Below, one piece after another: positions 40,810 through 50,041 of a DNA stretch of 64,000 bases; positions within the stretch are counted from its first letter, which is position 1, and every line of letters begins with the position of its first letter. Source of the stretch: an uncultured bacterium. GTDB taxonomy: Bacteria; Patescibacteriota; Minisyncoccia; UBA6257; 2-01-FULL-56-20. The translations under genes were made by a program, and so were the position numbers. The stretch covers positions 32,001-96,000 of the forward strand of contig CAWJQC010000006.1 in the NCBI GenBank assembly GCA_963844965.1, in the 5' to 3' direction. Under the pieces are notes generated by a model that had not been told where the DNA came from, searched no databases, and worked only from the letters and a program-made list of their open reading frames with translations.

Positions 40810-41601
40810 ATGAAACTAATCTCCCTGAACATCTGGGGCGGCAAAGTATACGAACCGCTCATAAAATTCGTAAAAGAATCGGCGCCGAGCACCGACATTT
40901 TTTACTTTCAGGAAGTTTTTTTCTCAAAATCAGGCATAAAAGAGAGCCATGGCACACGGGTGAATATATTGGAAGATCTTGCCGCGGTTCTTCCCGATTT
41001 CCGTTCTTTTGTCGCGCCCACGGCGAGCGGTTACGACAACGCAGGCCCCGTGGATTTTGACATAACCGAAGCGAAGGTGGTTTTTCTGAAAAAAAATCCG
41101 GCCTATCTCGCAACGGCCGACGGAAATGTCTTCACCTCGGGAAACTATCGGCGTCTAAGCAGAAACGAAAAAATGGAGAATGTACCGACCAACTTTCAAT
41201 ACCTGCGATTGTCAGCGAATGGCAAAAAATTTGCCATTTTAAACGTCCACGGTGTATCTAGGCCTGGCGACAAGCTTGACACGTCGGAACGCCTCGCGCA
41301 GTCGCAAAAAATAGTGGACTTCCTGCGCGGCGAAGACGGCGCGAAAATTATCTGCGGCGATTTCAACTTACTGCCGCAAACGAAAAGCATCGCGATGATT
41401 GAGAACGCGGGGATGATAAATCTGATAAAAAAATTCAATATTGAGCTTACGCGCAGCCGACTGTCCCCATTCTTCGGCAAGCCCGATTTTCAAAAATTCG
41501 CCGATTACGCGTTTGTCTCGCGGGACGTCAATGTGATAAACTTCACCGTCCCGGACATTCCGGTTTCCGACCACCTTCCGCTTGTGCTGGAGTTTTCATA
41601 G
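40810..41601 (+). CDS. Endonuclease/exonuclease/phosphatase (EEP) family protein
   Basis: 'LNIWGG', 'ICGDFNL', 'SDHLPLVLEF' motifs. Confidence 0.75.
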   Translation: MKLISLNIWGGKVYEPLIKFVKESAPSTDIFYFQEVFFSKSGIKESHGTRVNILEDLAAVLPDFRSFVAPTASGYDNAGPVDFDITEAKVVFLKKNPAYLATADGNVFTSGNYRRLSRNEKMENVPTNFQYLRLSANGKKFAILNVHGVSRPGDKLDTSERLAQSQKIVDFLRGEDGAKIICGDFNLLPQTKSIAMIENAGMINLIKKFNIELTRSRLSPFFGKPDFQKFADYAFVSRDVNVINFTVPDIPVSDHLPLVLEFS

Positions 41602-41750
41602 AATATATAATGCGAATAGGGCGCGGAAAGCGCGCTTAGGGCCGACGCCCCGACTAAAACAGCGCGGGGGTCGGCCTCCCGACGCCGACCAATGTCGGGC
41701 GTCGGGACTCAATGGCGGGGCGACTCGTTTATTCACCCCGTTAGATTTAT

Positions 41751-41821
41751 GGGCACTTAGCTCAGTGGCAGAGCGACTCGCTTACACCGAGTAGGTCGGA
41801 GGTTCAATCCCTCCAGTGCCC
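41751..41821 (+). tRNA. tRNA-Val (TAC)
   Basis: GGGCACT acceptor. Anticodon stem ACTCG/CGAGT with loop CTTACAC. T-arm GGAGG-TTCAATC-CCTCC. Confidence 0.85.
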
Positions 41822-41872
41822 ACTAAAAAATCTAATGGGGCAAGCCGAGAAGGCTGCAGGTCCGATTCCTGC

Positions 41873-41976
41873 GTCGCCCACAGTGGCAGAGCGACCGCCT
41901 TACACGCGGTAGGTCGTAGGCTCGCCCCGTAGCAAACCGAAGGTTTTGCTTCGGGGTTCAATCCCTACAGCGCGCA
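41873..41976 (+). other. 5'-truncated tRNA-Val(TAC)-like pseudo-copy with a 36-nt hairpin insertion (41921..41956) between the T-stem and T-loop
   Basis: 'CAGTGGCAGAGCGACCGCCTTACACGCGGTAGGTCGTAGG[ctcgccccgtagcaaaccgaaggttttgcttcgggg]TTCAATCCCTACAGCGCGCA'. No matching 5' acceptor or D-stem is present. Confidence 0.55.
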
Positions 41977-42025
41977 CAAAAACAAAAACGTCCAACTGGG
42001 CCGTTTTTATTTTTGTGCGCTTCAG
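41977..42025 (+). terminator. Long inverted-repeat terminator
   Basis: gcgcacaaaaacaaaaacg...cgtttttatttttgtgcgc. Confidence 0.6.
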
Positions 42026-42133
42026 AACCCTCGGTTCTGAATAATCTCCGACACGGGAGGAACCTCATACTTTCTCGCGCCAATTTCTGAAGAAATTGGC
42101 GGCGCAAGGATTAATCAATATAATAACTAGAAT

Positions 42134-43072
42134 ATGCTCAAAGTCGGCATTTTAGGAGGCGGGCCGTCGGTGGAGCACAAAGTGTCGCTCGCAAGCGCGA
42201 GAAATGTCTACGAGTCCACTGACCGGACGAAATACGAACCGCATCTTCTGATTCTTCGGCGCGACAAAAAATTGTTTTCGGGCAAAAAAGAGCTGCCGTT
42301 CCCGCACGGGCTGAAGCAGTTTGACATCGTATTCAATGCGCTTCACGGAATGTTCGGCGAAGACGGCAAATTGCAGAAAATTTTTGATCGCACGGGCATT
42401 AAATATACCGGCTCCGGCAGCCGCGCCTCCGCGCTCGGCATGGACAAGTGGCGAAGCAAAAAACTATTCGGAAAAGTCGGCTTAGCGGTACCACAATCAA
42501 AACTGATTACGAGCCGGAAACATTCCAACATTCTGCAGAATATTAGAATATTTCCCGTTGTTTTAAAACCCAGGAATGGCGGCTCATCTGTCGGTGTTTG
42601 CATAACGCATTCGCCGGAAGAATTAAAAAGAAAAGTGGATCGGATTCTCGAGAGCGATGACGCCCTTGTTGAACAATACCTGCCAGGCAGAGAATTCGCG
42701 GGTGGCGTTTTGAAATACAACGACGAACTGCGGCCGTTTCCCATCGTGGAAATAAAACCGAAAGCAAAATACAAATTTTTTGACTATGAAGCAAAATACA
42801 AAACGGGCGCGAGCGAAGAAATAGTTCCGGCCCGCATCGATACCGCACTCGCGCGAAAAATCCAAAAAGCCGCGCTCTTGGCCCACAAAGTTATCGGCGC
42901 TAAAACATATTCCCGAAGCGATTTCATCATGCACAACGGAAAAATTTATATTCTTGAAATCAATACCCTGCCCGGCCTAACGAAAAATTCTCTCGTTCCG
43001 AAAGCCGCGCGTGCTACGGGAATTCCCTTCACGAAATTTATAAGCATCGTCATTGATTCTGCTTTAAAATAA
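42134..43072 (+). CDS. ddl: D-alanine--D-alanine ligase
   Basis: ATP-grasp protein with C-terminal 'EINTLPGLT'. Confidence 0.85.
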   Translation: MLKVGILGGGPSVEHKVSLASARNVYESTDRTKYEPHLLILRRDKKLFSGKKELPFPHGLKQFDIVFNALHGMFGEDGKLQKIFDRTGIKYTGSGSRASALGMDKWRSKKLFGKVGLAVPQSKLITSRKHSNILQNIRIFPVVLKPRNGGSSVGVCITHSPEELKRKVDRILESDDALVEQYLPGREFAGGVLKYNDELRPFPIVEIKPKAKYKFFDYEAKYKTGASEEIVPARIDTALARKIQKAALLAHKVIGAKTYSRSDFIMHNGKIYILEINTLPGLTKNSLVPKAARATGIPFTKFISIVIDSALK

Positions 43073-43108
43073 AATGCGCATTTTTCTATAATCGGTTAAG
43101 ATGAGATT

Positions 43109-43546
43109 ATGCAAGTTATTGCGGAAAATCGGCGGGCTAGGTTTGACTACACGATAACTGAAACCCTTGAAGCCGGCATTGAACTTCTGGGCCACGAAGT
43201 GAAAAGCGCGAAAGCTGGCCGGCTAAATCTGGCCGGAAGTTACGTGATTGTCCGCGCGGGCGAGGCCTGGCTCATAAATTCGCAAATCCCGCCCTACCAG
43301 CCGAAAAATACTGCGGCGGATTACGACCCTTCGCGCTCGCGGCGGCTCTTGCTGCAAAAGGATGAGATTGCGAAACTTGCCGGCGCGTTCAAGGCAAAGC
43401 AATTTCTGATTCCCCTCCACGCCTACATAAAAAATAATTTCATAAAAATAGAACTCGGCCTCGGAAAATCCAGAAAGAAATCCGACAAACGGGAAATTTT
43501 GAAGAAACGCGCCGCCGAAAAGGAAATAAAACAACTTGCCCCGTAG
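43109..43546 (+). CDS. smpB: SsrA-binding protein SmpB
   Basis: 'IAENRRARFDYTITETLEAGIELLGHEVKSAKAGRLNL'. Confidence 0.85.
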   Translation: MQVIAENRRARFDYTITETLEAGIELLGHEVKSAKAGRLNLAGSYVIVRAGEAWLINSQIPPYQPKNTAADYDPSRSRRLLLQKDEIAKLAGAFKAKQFLIPLHAYIKNNFIKIELGLGKSRKKSDKREILKKRAAEKEIKQLAP

Positions 43547-43612
43547 TCCCAACTATGGGGTTAGCGGTTTCCACGCACAAAAACAAAGAAGTGGTATAAC
43601 GCCCGAAACACA

Positions 43613-44257
43613 ATGAGCAGCAAAGCCATCGTTTTTCTCGTTTTAACGTTTGTGGCAGTTGTTTTGATTAACTGGTTGATCACCGGTCTTAGAAACCTCT
43701 CGCTTAACTATGCACCAGCCAATTATGGGAATAGCGGCCTCACGGAAATCGATTTCAACTTCTTTTCCAAAAAAGAAAGCCGCAACTACATAACGCAGGG
43801 ATACGGCTCCACGTATTTCTCGTTCCTTAATTACGCCGGACATTGGCACAACGGCATAGATATCGCCGCCAATTACGGCGCGCCGGTTCTGGCCGCGGCT
43901 TCGGGTGATGTTATAGCCACCGGCAATCAGGACAATTTCTGCTACAAACGCGGCTTCGGAAAATTTGTCGCCGTAAAATCCGATAACCTCGGCCTCGTCA
44001 CTTTCTACGCCCACCTGGGAACGATTGACGTAAAAACCGGGCAAGAAATAAAAAAGAGCGGCCGAATCGGAACGGTCGGCGCGACCGGCTACGAAACGGG
44101 CACGCATCTCCACTTCTCCGTCTTCAGCGCGAGCAGCTTCAGGATGGAAAATAAAAACGGCTGCGGGCCGGACCCTGTCGGCCAAGATTTGGACCCGTTG
44201 CAATACATAAATAAATTCATAATGTCTATCGCGCCAGTGCTACAGGTAAATTCTTAA
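43613..44257 (+). CDS. M23-family peptidase (LytM-like)
   Basis: 'HWHNGIDIAA...GDVIATG...FYAHL...GATGYETGTHLHFSV'. Confidence 0.75.
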   Translation: MSSKAIVFLVLTFVAVVLINWLITGLRNLSLNYAPANYGNSGLTEIDFNFFSKKESRNYITQGYGSTYFSFLNYAGHWHNGIDIAANYGAPVLAAASGDVIATGNQDNFCYKRGFGKFVAVKSDNLGLVTFYAHLGTIDVKTGQEIKKSGRIGTVGATGYETGTHLHFSVFSASSFRMENKNGCGPDPVGQDLDPLQYINKFIMSIAPVLQVNS

Positions 44258-44564
44258 ATCAAAACTCTGATTGCGCACAATATTCGTATACTTGCGCCCG
44301 TAGGTAATCCACGCTAAAATCACAGAGGCATAAAAAGCGGTACGATTCATGGGTGGAAAGGAGGCCTGAATCGCTTGCGGAAAATAGAATGGTGGAGGAG
44401 GGTGATGATGGGACGAATCCCTAGGAAAAAGAGAGCATAAGAAGTGAAGGAGGTGATCCAGATTCTAGAAGGACGTTGACGGCGTCCTTCGATCCCGCGT
44501 AACCCCAACAAGGCACGCGGGAATTTTATTTTTGAAATGAGACGTTGATTATATAATTCTTAAA

Positions 44565-45068
44565 ATGATTTTAGCTACACACGCCATAGCCGGAGCCGCC
44601 ATTGGGCGGCTGACTAAAAATCCCCTGATCGCCTTTGCGCTCGGTTTCATGAGCCACTTCGTTTTGGACGCTATCCCGCACTGGCAATATGAACTCAAAT
44701 CAAGGATATCAAGCGAAGATATAATGGCGGAAGACATGACGTTAAACGCCAAATTCATCCGCGACATATTTTTCGTCGCCCTAGATCTTGCTATCGGAAT
44801 ATTTGTGTCCCTTCTCGTCTTCGGCGGATGGGGCGCATTCATAAATCCGCCGGCGCCGATTATCGCCGGCATAGCGGGCGGCGTCCTTCCAGACGCCCTG
44901 CAATTCGTTTTCTGGAAATTCAGGCATGAACCGCTTACTACGCTCCAAAAATTCCACTCCTGGGCCCATGCCAAAGGAAGTTTCGGCTATAAATCAAAAC
45001 TCGGGATTGCATTGCAGGTCGCTATCGCGGCGGTAATTATATCCGCTTCGTTGACCGTGGTTCGTTAA
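44565..45068 (+). CDS. Membrane-bound metal-dependent hydrolase-like protein (YdjM/DUF457-like)
   Basis: 'HAIAGAAIG...HFVLDAIPHW' pattern. Confidence 0.5.
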   Translation: MILATHAIAGAAIGRLTKNPLIAFALGFMSHFVLDAIPHWQYELKSRISSEDIMAEDMTLNAKFIRDIFFVALDLAIGIFVSLLVFGGWGAFINPPAPIIAGIAGGVLPDALQFVFWKFRHEPLTTLQKFHSWAHAKGSFGYKSKLGIALQVAIAAVIISASLTVVR

Positions 45069-45114
45069 GATTCCAAGTATTCCCATTCCGCTTCAACCAG
45101 CTTAAACTAAAAGT

Positions 45115-45663
45115 ATGCGCACGATTTACTTCATAACCGGCAGTGAGGGAAAATTCAGGGAGGTGGAACATTTTTTGCGCGCGAAAAACATAAAGATAAA
45201 ACGGATTAAGCTGAGTCTGGACGAAATTCAGGAACTGGACGCGGAAAAAATAATCAGGCACAAGGCGCGCGAGGCGGCAAGTAAAATAAGCGACGACTTC
45301 ATCCTTGAAGACACCTCGCTCTATATAAACGGACTGGGCGGACTGCCCGGCCCATTGATCAGATGGTTCCTGCAAGAATTAGGCAATGAAGGAATAAATT
45401 GGTTGGCGTCGCGGGTCGGCAACGGCAAAGCCCGCGCGGAAACTATTCTGGCATGCGCCAGAGGTGGCCGCGTTTTCTATTTCAAGGGCGCTACGAACGG
45501 AAAAGTTGTCAAACCAAAAGGCAGGAATGATTTCGGCTGGGGGCCACTCTTCAAACCGAACGGCGCGCGCGAAACTTTCGGTGAGATGTCGGGAGACGAA
45601 AAAAATAAATGGAGTATGAGAATCAAAGCCGTTAAAAAATTAGCGGAATTTCTCGGCAGGTAA
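45115..45663 (+). CDS. rdgB: Non-canonical purine NTP pyrophosphatase (RdgB/HAM1)
   Basis: 'FITGSEGKFREVE', 'FGWGPLFKPNGARETFGEMSGDEKNKWSMR'. Confidence 0.8.
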   Translation: MRTIYFITGSEGKFREVEHFLRAKNIKIKRIKLSLDEIQELDAEKIIRHKAREAASKISDDFILEDTSLYINGLGGLPGPLIRWFLQELGNEGINWLASRVGNGKARAETILACARGGRVFYFKGATNGKVVKPKGRNDFGWGPLFKPNGARETFGEMSGDEKNKWSMRIKAVKKLAEFLGR

Positions 45664-45667
45664 ATCA

Positions 45668-46405
45668 ATGGAGCATGCTTTTTTGGAAATAGGCCACAGG
45701 GGCATGCCCGGCTGGCCAAGAAAAGGAGAAAACACGATGAGATCCTTTCGGCTGGCGCTAGCAAAAGGAGCCGACGCGCTTGAGTTTGACGTCCGCAAAA
45801 CCAAAGACGGTCAACTCGTCGTAATCCATGATTCAACAATTGACCGGACAACTGACGGCCACGGCAATGTCCACGATCTTTCTTACGGCGAACTTATGAA
45901 ATTTGACGCGGGATTCGGCGAGCGCATCCCCCGCCTCGCCGACATGCTTGATGAATTCGGCGGGAAGTGCCTCCTTAATATTGAACTCAAAGAACAAGGT
46001 ATAGAAAAAGCCGTCAAAAGTGAAATCCTCGGCCACGGGCTGCAAAAGCTTCCGTACGTCAAGTCAGTCATCGTTTCCGCTTTTGACGCGGACGACAACG
46101 CTCCCAGCGCAAACTCTTCGTGGGAACAACTCAAAGTATTCGCGCCGGAAATTCCCATCGCCTTAATCGCACGAATGTCAAAAATAGAACGGCTGGGAGA
46201 CGAAGTATTTGTGCGAATCGCGAAGGAATACCGCGCCAAGGCAATCGTCCCAATGGCCGATGCCGCAACGACTGCGCTCGTGGAGCTGGCGCACGAAGAG
46301 GGACTGCTCGTTTACACGGGTACGATTAACAACGCCGACGAAGCGGAACTCTTCCGCAAAATGGGGGTTGATGGCATCTTTTCGGATTGCGTGGAACGTT
46401 TGTGA
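45668..46405 (+). CDS. Glycerophosphoryl diester phosphodiesterase family protein
   Basis: 'LEIGHRG...ENTMRSFRLALAKGADALEFDVRKTKDGQLVVIHDSTIDRTTDGHG'. Confidence 0.8.
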   Translation: MEHAFLEIGHRGMPGWPRKGENTMRSFRLALAKGADALEFDVRKTKDGQLVVIHDSTIDRTTDGHGNVHDLSYGELMKFDAGFGERIPRLADMLDEFGGKCLLNIELKEQGIEKAVKSEILGHGLQKLPYVKSVIVSAFDADDNAPSANSSWEQLKVFAPEIPIALIARMSKIERLGDEVFVRIAKEYRAKAIVPMADAATTALVELAHEEGLLVYTGTINNADEAELFRKMGVDGIFSDCVERL

Positions 46406-46470
46406 CACTTGCCTTTTTGTTAAAATTAGATTATAATCGTAGCGACGATTACGGTTTGATGTTTTGACAT

Positions 46471-46787
46471 GGGGATGATCGGCTTCGATAAGGATAAGTC
46501 CTGAACTGGCAAGCCAAGAGCTAACTTGTAAATCTGGCAAAAAATCAATAACTGCCAACTCAAAAGTTGCAGCTCCAGCATTCGCTTACGCGTAACGTTG
46601 GACATCGGCTGATCCGGGCTTCTTGGGTTAATACCGGTGTTATATAAGGAAGCTCGTTCCGAGTTGACGATTCTACGCTCGGCACTAAACACAGAATCAT
46701 TTCTGTCTAGTTTAACTGGACTACGCTTGTAGAAGGTTTAAGCGATTTTATCCTTACACGGCGGTTCAATTCCGCCCATCTCCACTA
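46471..46787 (+). ncRNA. ssrA: tmRNA (ssrA), tag ORF 46554..46592 (ANSKVAAPAFAYA*)
   Basis: 5' 'GGGGATGATCGGCTTCGATAAGG' matches the tmRNA consensus GGGGxxG....GGxUUCGA. The 3' T-arm is GGCGG-TTCAATT-CCGCC. The 3' strand CATCTCC pairs with GGGGATG, including a G3-U70 pair. The internal frame starts at a GCC resume codon and ends at TAA. Confidence 0.8.
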
Positions 46788-46960
46788 AAACAAAAATACT
46801 CGCTCCTTGTGAGCGGGTGTTTTTGTTTCTTGTAAAATGGTCTGGCGGAATTGAACGAGGGGTGGGCCGGAGGGGAAACTCGGTGTCCCCTCCGTGTAGG
46901 AAATTACTCAAAACCGAGGGTTGTGAGAGAGCGAGTTGCTGTATAGCGACTCGCGACGTG

Positions 46961-46980
46961 AAATTCCGCCCATCTCCACA
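46961..46980 (+). repeat. Direct repeat of the tmRNA 3' end, about 180 bp downstream of ssrA
   Basis: 'aattccgcccatctccac' is identical to tmRNA positions 46767-46784. Confidence 0.7.
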
Positions 46981-47186
46981 TAACCAGAATTGAACTTTAG
47001 AAAACCCTCCAGAAGGGTTGAAAAATCTAGCCCGACCCTGATTTTTTCTTGGTTTTCCATTTTGCGTTTTTGAAACAGTATCACGCGAGGGAGTGAATAT
47101 AAAAAAAACCGACACCTATTAGTGCCGGTTGTAAAGGATAGGTTTCTTTAGACAGTGATTCGACGGCTTTTTGCCGTTTTTTTTCG

Positions 47187-47969
47187 TTAAGCCGCAATCT
47201 TCTCGGCAAACACGGACGGCGGCATCTTGAGGGCGGAGTGGATCCGCGTGTGGTTGTACTGCCACAAGGTGCTGTAGATCTCCGCCACGAGCTCGCCGAA
47301 GGTCCCGAACCGGTTGGGATCACCGAGGTCAATCTTGAACTTGTCATAGAACGATTCCTGGTAGCCGTTTTCCCATGGGGCACCGGGCCGCGACCGCGAG
47401 ATCGTGATGCCACAGTCCCCCAGTGTATCGGTGAACGCTCGTGCCTTGTACTCGCTGCCGTTGTCCGAATGGAAGATGACCGGATGCGGATGGTGGAAAA
47501 GCGCGTTGGCCAGGGTCTGTATCGTGAGGGGCGATCCTTTCCGCAACGCCACATGGACGCCCATCAATCGTCTCGTGAAAAGATCGAGTATCGTGGACAC
47601 GTACACTTTCTTGCCGCGATACAGGAACTCCGTGAAATCGGTTGCCCAGACGTGGTTCGCGTACGAGGGCATGATGGCAAGTAAGAGGTTCGGAAAGGCC
47701 CGCGATGCCTTTGATTTCCGGTATTTCCTGCCTCGCCTCCGGTACGGCCTTATGCCGAAGATTCGCATGACGCGCTGCGCTCGCGGACGGCTCACGCCCA
47801 GAGCTTGTCCCAAGCGCCGGGAACCGTATGCCGGATGGCGCTGCAATTCTTCTTCCATGCGGATCTTGAGCGCCCAATCTTTCTTGTCCTGCCGTGATAC
47901 GTAGTAGAGCGATGCCCGCGAGACGCCCATGGCCCGCGCCATGGCGGACTTGTTCCGCTTTTCCGTCAA
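47187..47969 (-). CDS. IS3 transposase OrfB (rve integrase core, DDE)
   Basis: 'HSDNGSEY' integrase-core motif. It has a TTG start and is normally made as an OrfAB fusion. Confidence 0.8.
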   Translation of the reverse strand: MTEKRNKSAMARAMGVSRASLYYVSRQDKKDWALKIRMEEELQRHPAYGSRRLGQALGVSRPRAQRVMRIFGIRPYRRRGRKYRKSKASRAFPNLLLAIMPSYANHVWATDFTEFLYRGKKVYVSTILDLFTRRLMGVHVALRKGSPLTIQTLANALFHHPHPVIFHSDNGSEYKARAFTDTLGDCGITISRSRPGAPWENGYQESFYDKFKIDLGDPNRFGTFGELVAEIYSTLWQYNHTRIHSALKMPPSVFAEKIAA

Positions 47970-48229
47970 TTCTTTTTTTGGGCCTGGGAGAGCTTCACGG
48001 TGAGCTCGCCCACCACTTCAAACAGCTCCCTGTTCTGCTTCTGGAGACGGCTGAACTCGCCCCAGGAAGGGACGCCCGATGCTCCTGCGCCTAGCCAATT
48101 GTAGATGGTGGACTCGTGCAAACCGTGGTCCTTCGCAGCCTGCGCTACGGGGACTCCTTCTTCCTTCACCCGGCGGAGGATGTCCGCCTTCACTTCCTTC
48201 GCAATCCGATGCCCTTTTTTGTTGCTCAT
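47966..48229 (-). CDS. IS3 transposase OrfA (HTH)
   Basis: 'GVPVAQAAKDHGLHESTIYNW' HTH. It ends '...AQKKN*' across the A7G site. Confidence 0.75.
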   Translation of the reverse strand: MSNKKGHRIAKEVKADILRRVKEEGVPVAQAAKDHGLHESTIYNWLGAGASGVPSWGEFSRLQKQNRELFEVVGELTVKLSQAQKKN

Positions 48230-48257
48230 GACACAATGGTAGTTTGTTTCGACCTTT

Positions 48258-48467
48258 GTGTCTAAATTATCCTATCCGGGTCAAAGCTTCAAGATTCGCC
48301 CACCGGTCTTTATACCAATTTATAATAACAGCAATAAATTACACAAACAGTTATCAGAACTCTCCAAGGAGGCTCATAAAAACTATTCCAATGAAAAAGT
48401 TATTGCCGAAATCGACCAAGAGATAAACGAAGTTTACTTGAAAGTTTGCCAGCAAGAAAATAAATAG
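48258..48467 (+). CDS. Small AT-rich hypothetical ORF (69 aa) upstream of the recombinase
   Basis: ORF only. It partly overlaps the IS right end. Confidence 0.25.
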   Translation: MSKLSYPGQSFKIRPPVFIPIYNNSNKLHKQLSELSKEAHKNYSNEKVIAEIDQEINEVYLKVCQQENK

Positions 48468-48529
48468 CAATGAAAATACTCTTATAACTCTTCGAAGAAA
48501 TGATGGGGATACTTAATTTAAACTAAGCC

Positions 48530-50041
48530 ATGAAAGCAATAATCTTATCTCGCGTATCAACGAAAGAGCAGGCCGATGAGGGGCAATCCATACCAGCGCA
48601 AACGGGACGGCTCACTGAATACGTTAATAAAAAACAACTTGATCATTGGAAGGTTTTTGAGATCGCCGAAAGTTCTACGCACGATACAAGGAAAAAGTTT
48701 GATAAGGTTTTGGAGCTTATTAAGAAATCGCACGAGCCGCTTGCGCTTGTGGTTGAAACCGTTGACCGGCTGCAGCGGAGCTTTAAGGAAAGCGTTATTT
48801 TGGACGATCTGCGCAAAGAAGGCAAAGTTGAAATCCACTTTGTCCGCGAGGGCTTGATATTAACGAAGGATTCGAACAGCGCCCAGCTTTTACAATGGGA
48901 TATGGGCGTGATGTTTGCCCGCAGCTACGTTTTGCAATTAAGCGATAACGTGAAGCGCAGCAATGAGCAGAAACTGAAGAACGGCGAATGGATAAGCAAA
49001 GCGCCGATAGGTTATCGAAATATCAGGGATGAAAACGACAAGCCGGATATAGAAGTTGACCCCGAAGCATCGCCTTTTATCGTCAAGGTTTTCGAGCGCT
49101 ACGCCACTGGCAATTACTCGATGATTACGTTGGCCAAACAGATGCGCGAAGAAGGTTTTACCGGAAAACAACACGGCAATCCGATCACCGTTAGCCAGAT
49201 AGAGCGCATACTTAAAAATTCTTTTTACTACGGCGTTATGGAGGTTCACGGCAAACAATATCAGCACCGCTACCCACCGCTTATCTCAATGCACCTGTTT
49301 TTGAAATGCCGCAAGGTTATAGAAAGTTGGAATAAAAAACCGTTTCAACACGCCGCGAGGCCATTTATCTTTCGAGGTATCCTATCGTGTGCAACCTGCG
49401 GTTGCGCCATTACCGCAGAAATGGCAAAGGGCAAGTATATTTATTATCATTGCACGAATTTCAGGGGTATATGCGAGAAGGTATACGTGCCCGAAAAAGA
49501 CCTTTTAAAGCCCATAAAACGCTATCTGCGCAAGTTTGTGCTGCCGCAGGAAGGAATTGACTACGTTGTCGGTAAACTACGCACAACGACAGAAATCGAG
49601 CAGGAATACCACAATCAGGCGATGGCTACCCTAAAAGCCGAATATGACCGCTACGAGGCCAGAATCAGCAAAATGACCGATGACAAATACGACGGCAGTA
49701 TTACGCCCGAAATCTACGACAAAAAATTGAAAGAGTATAAGGCAAAGCAGGCCGACTTATTGAATCAGATGCAGGATCACAGCAAAGCCGACGAGCAGCA
49801 TCACCTTACGGCTACGAAATTACTTGATGTTTGCAAACGCGCCGATTCAATCTTCGAAAGTTCTGAACCGGCTGAAAAACGGCAATTTTTGAATTTCGTA
49901 TTTCAGAACTCGACGCTAAACCGAAATAAGCCAATGTTTATGCTGAAACCCGTGTTTGCGGGCATAGTAAAAGCGCACGAAACTCATAAATGGGGTGCCT
50001 ATCGGGATTCGAACCCGAGCCGAGAGTGCCACAGACTCTAG
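48530..50041 (+). CDS. Large serine recombinase (resolvase N-domain, recombinase domain, zinc ribbon)
   Basis: 'AIILSRVSTKEQ' catalytic Ser region and a Cys cluster 'CATCGCAITAE...YYHC'. The last ~17 codons run antisense through tRNA-His. Confidence 0.85.
   Translation: MKAIILSRVSTKEQADEGQSIPAQTGRLTEYVNKKQLDHWKVFEIAESSTHDTRKKFDKVLELIKKSHEPLALVVETVDRLQRSFKESVILDDLRKEGKVEIHFVREGLILTKDSNSAQLLQWDMGVMFARSYVLQLSDNVKRSNEQKLKNGEWISKAPIGYRNIRDENDKPDIEVDPEASPFIVKVFERYATGNYSMITLAKQMREEGFTGKQHGNPITVSQIERILKNSFYYGVMEVHGKQYQHRYPPLISMHLFLKCRKVIESWNKKPFQHAARPFIFRGILSCATCGCAITAEMAKGKYIYYHCTNFRGICEKVYVPEKDLLKPIKRYLRKFVLPQEGIDYVVGKLRTTTEIEQEYHNQAMATLKAEYDRYEARISKMTDDKYDGSITPEIYDKKLKEYKAKQADLLNQMQDHSKADEQHHLTATKLLDVCKRADSIFESSEPAEKRQFLNFVFQNSTLNRNKPMFMLKPVFAGIVKAHETHKWGAYRDSNPSRECHRL

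Larger units (their letters stand above)
47130..48283 (-). mobile_element. IS3-family insertion sequence (orfA-orfB with -1 frameshift site)
   Basis: Imperfect terminal inverted repeats: 'TGTAAAGGATAGGTTTCTTTAGACAG' at the left and the reverse complement of 'TGACCCGGATAGGATAATTTAGACAC' at the right. The slippery 'A AAA AAG' lies at 47972-47978 on the minus strand, just before the orfA stop, and the -1 frame continues into orfB. Confidence 0.8.

Noticed and set aside
44449-44461. 'aaggaggtgatcc' as a 16S rRNA 3'-end fragment on the minus strand
   Set aside because: Flanking sequence does not match the conserved 16S 3' terminus (no GTAACCGTAGGGGAACCTGCGG). It reads more naturally as a plus-strand Shine-Dalgarno-like motif.
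46178-46692. Minus-strand ORFs 46178..46558 and 46426..46692
   Set aside because: They overlap the GDPD gene end and the tmRNA. They are spurious.
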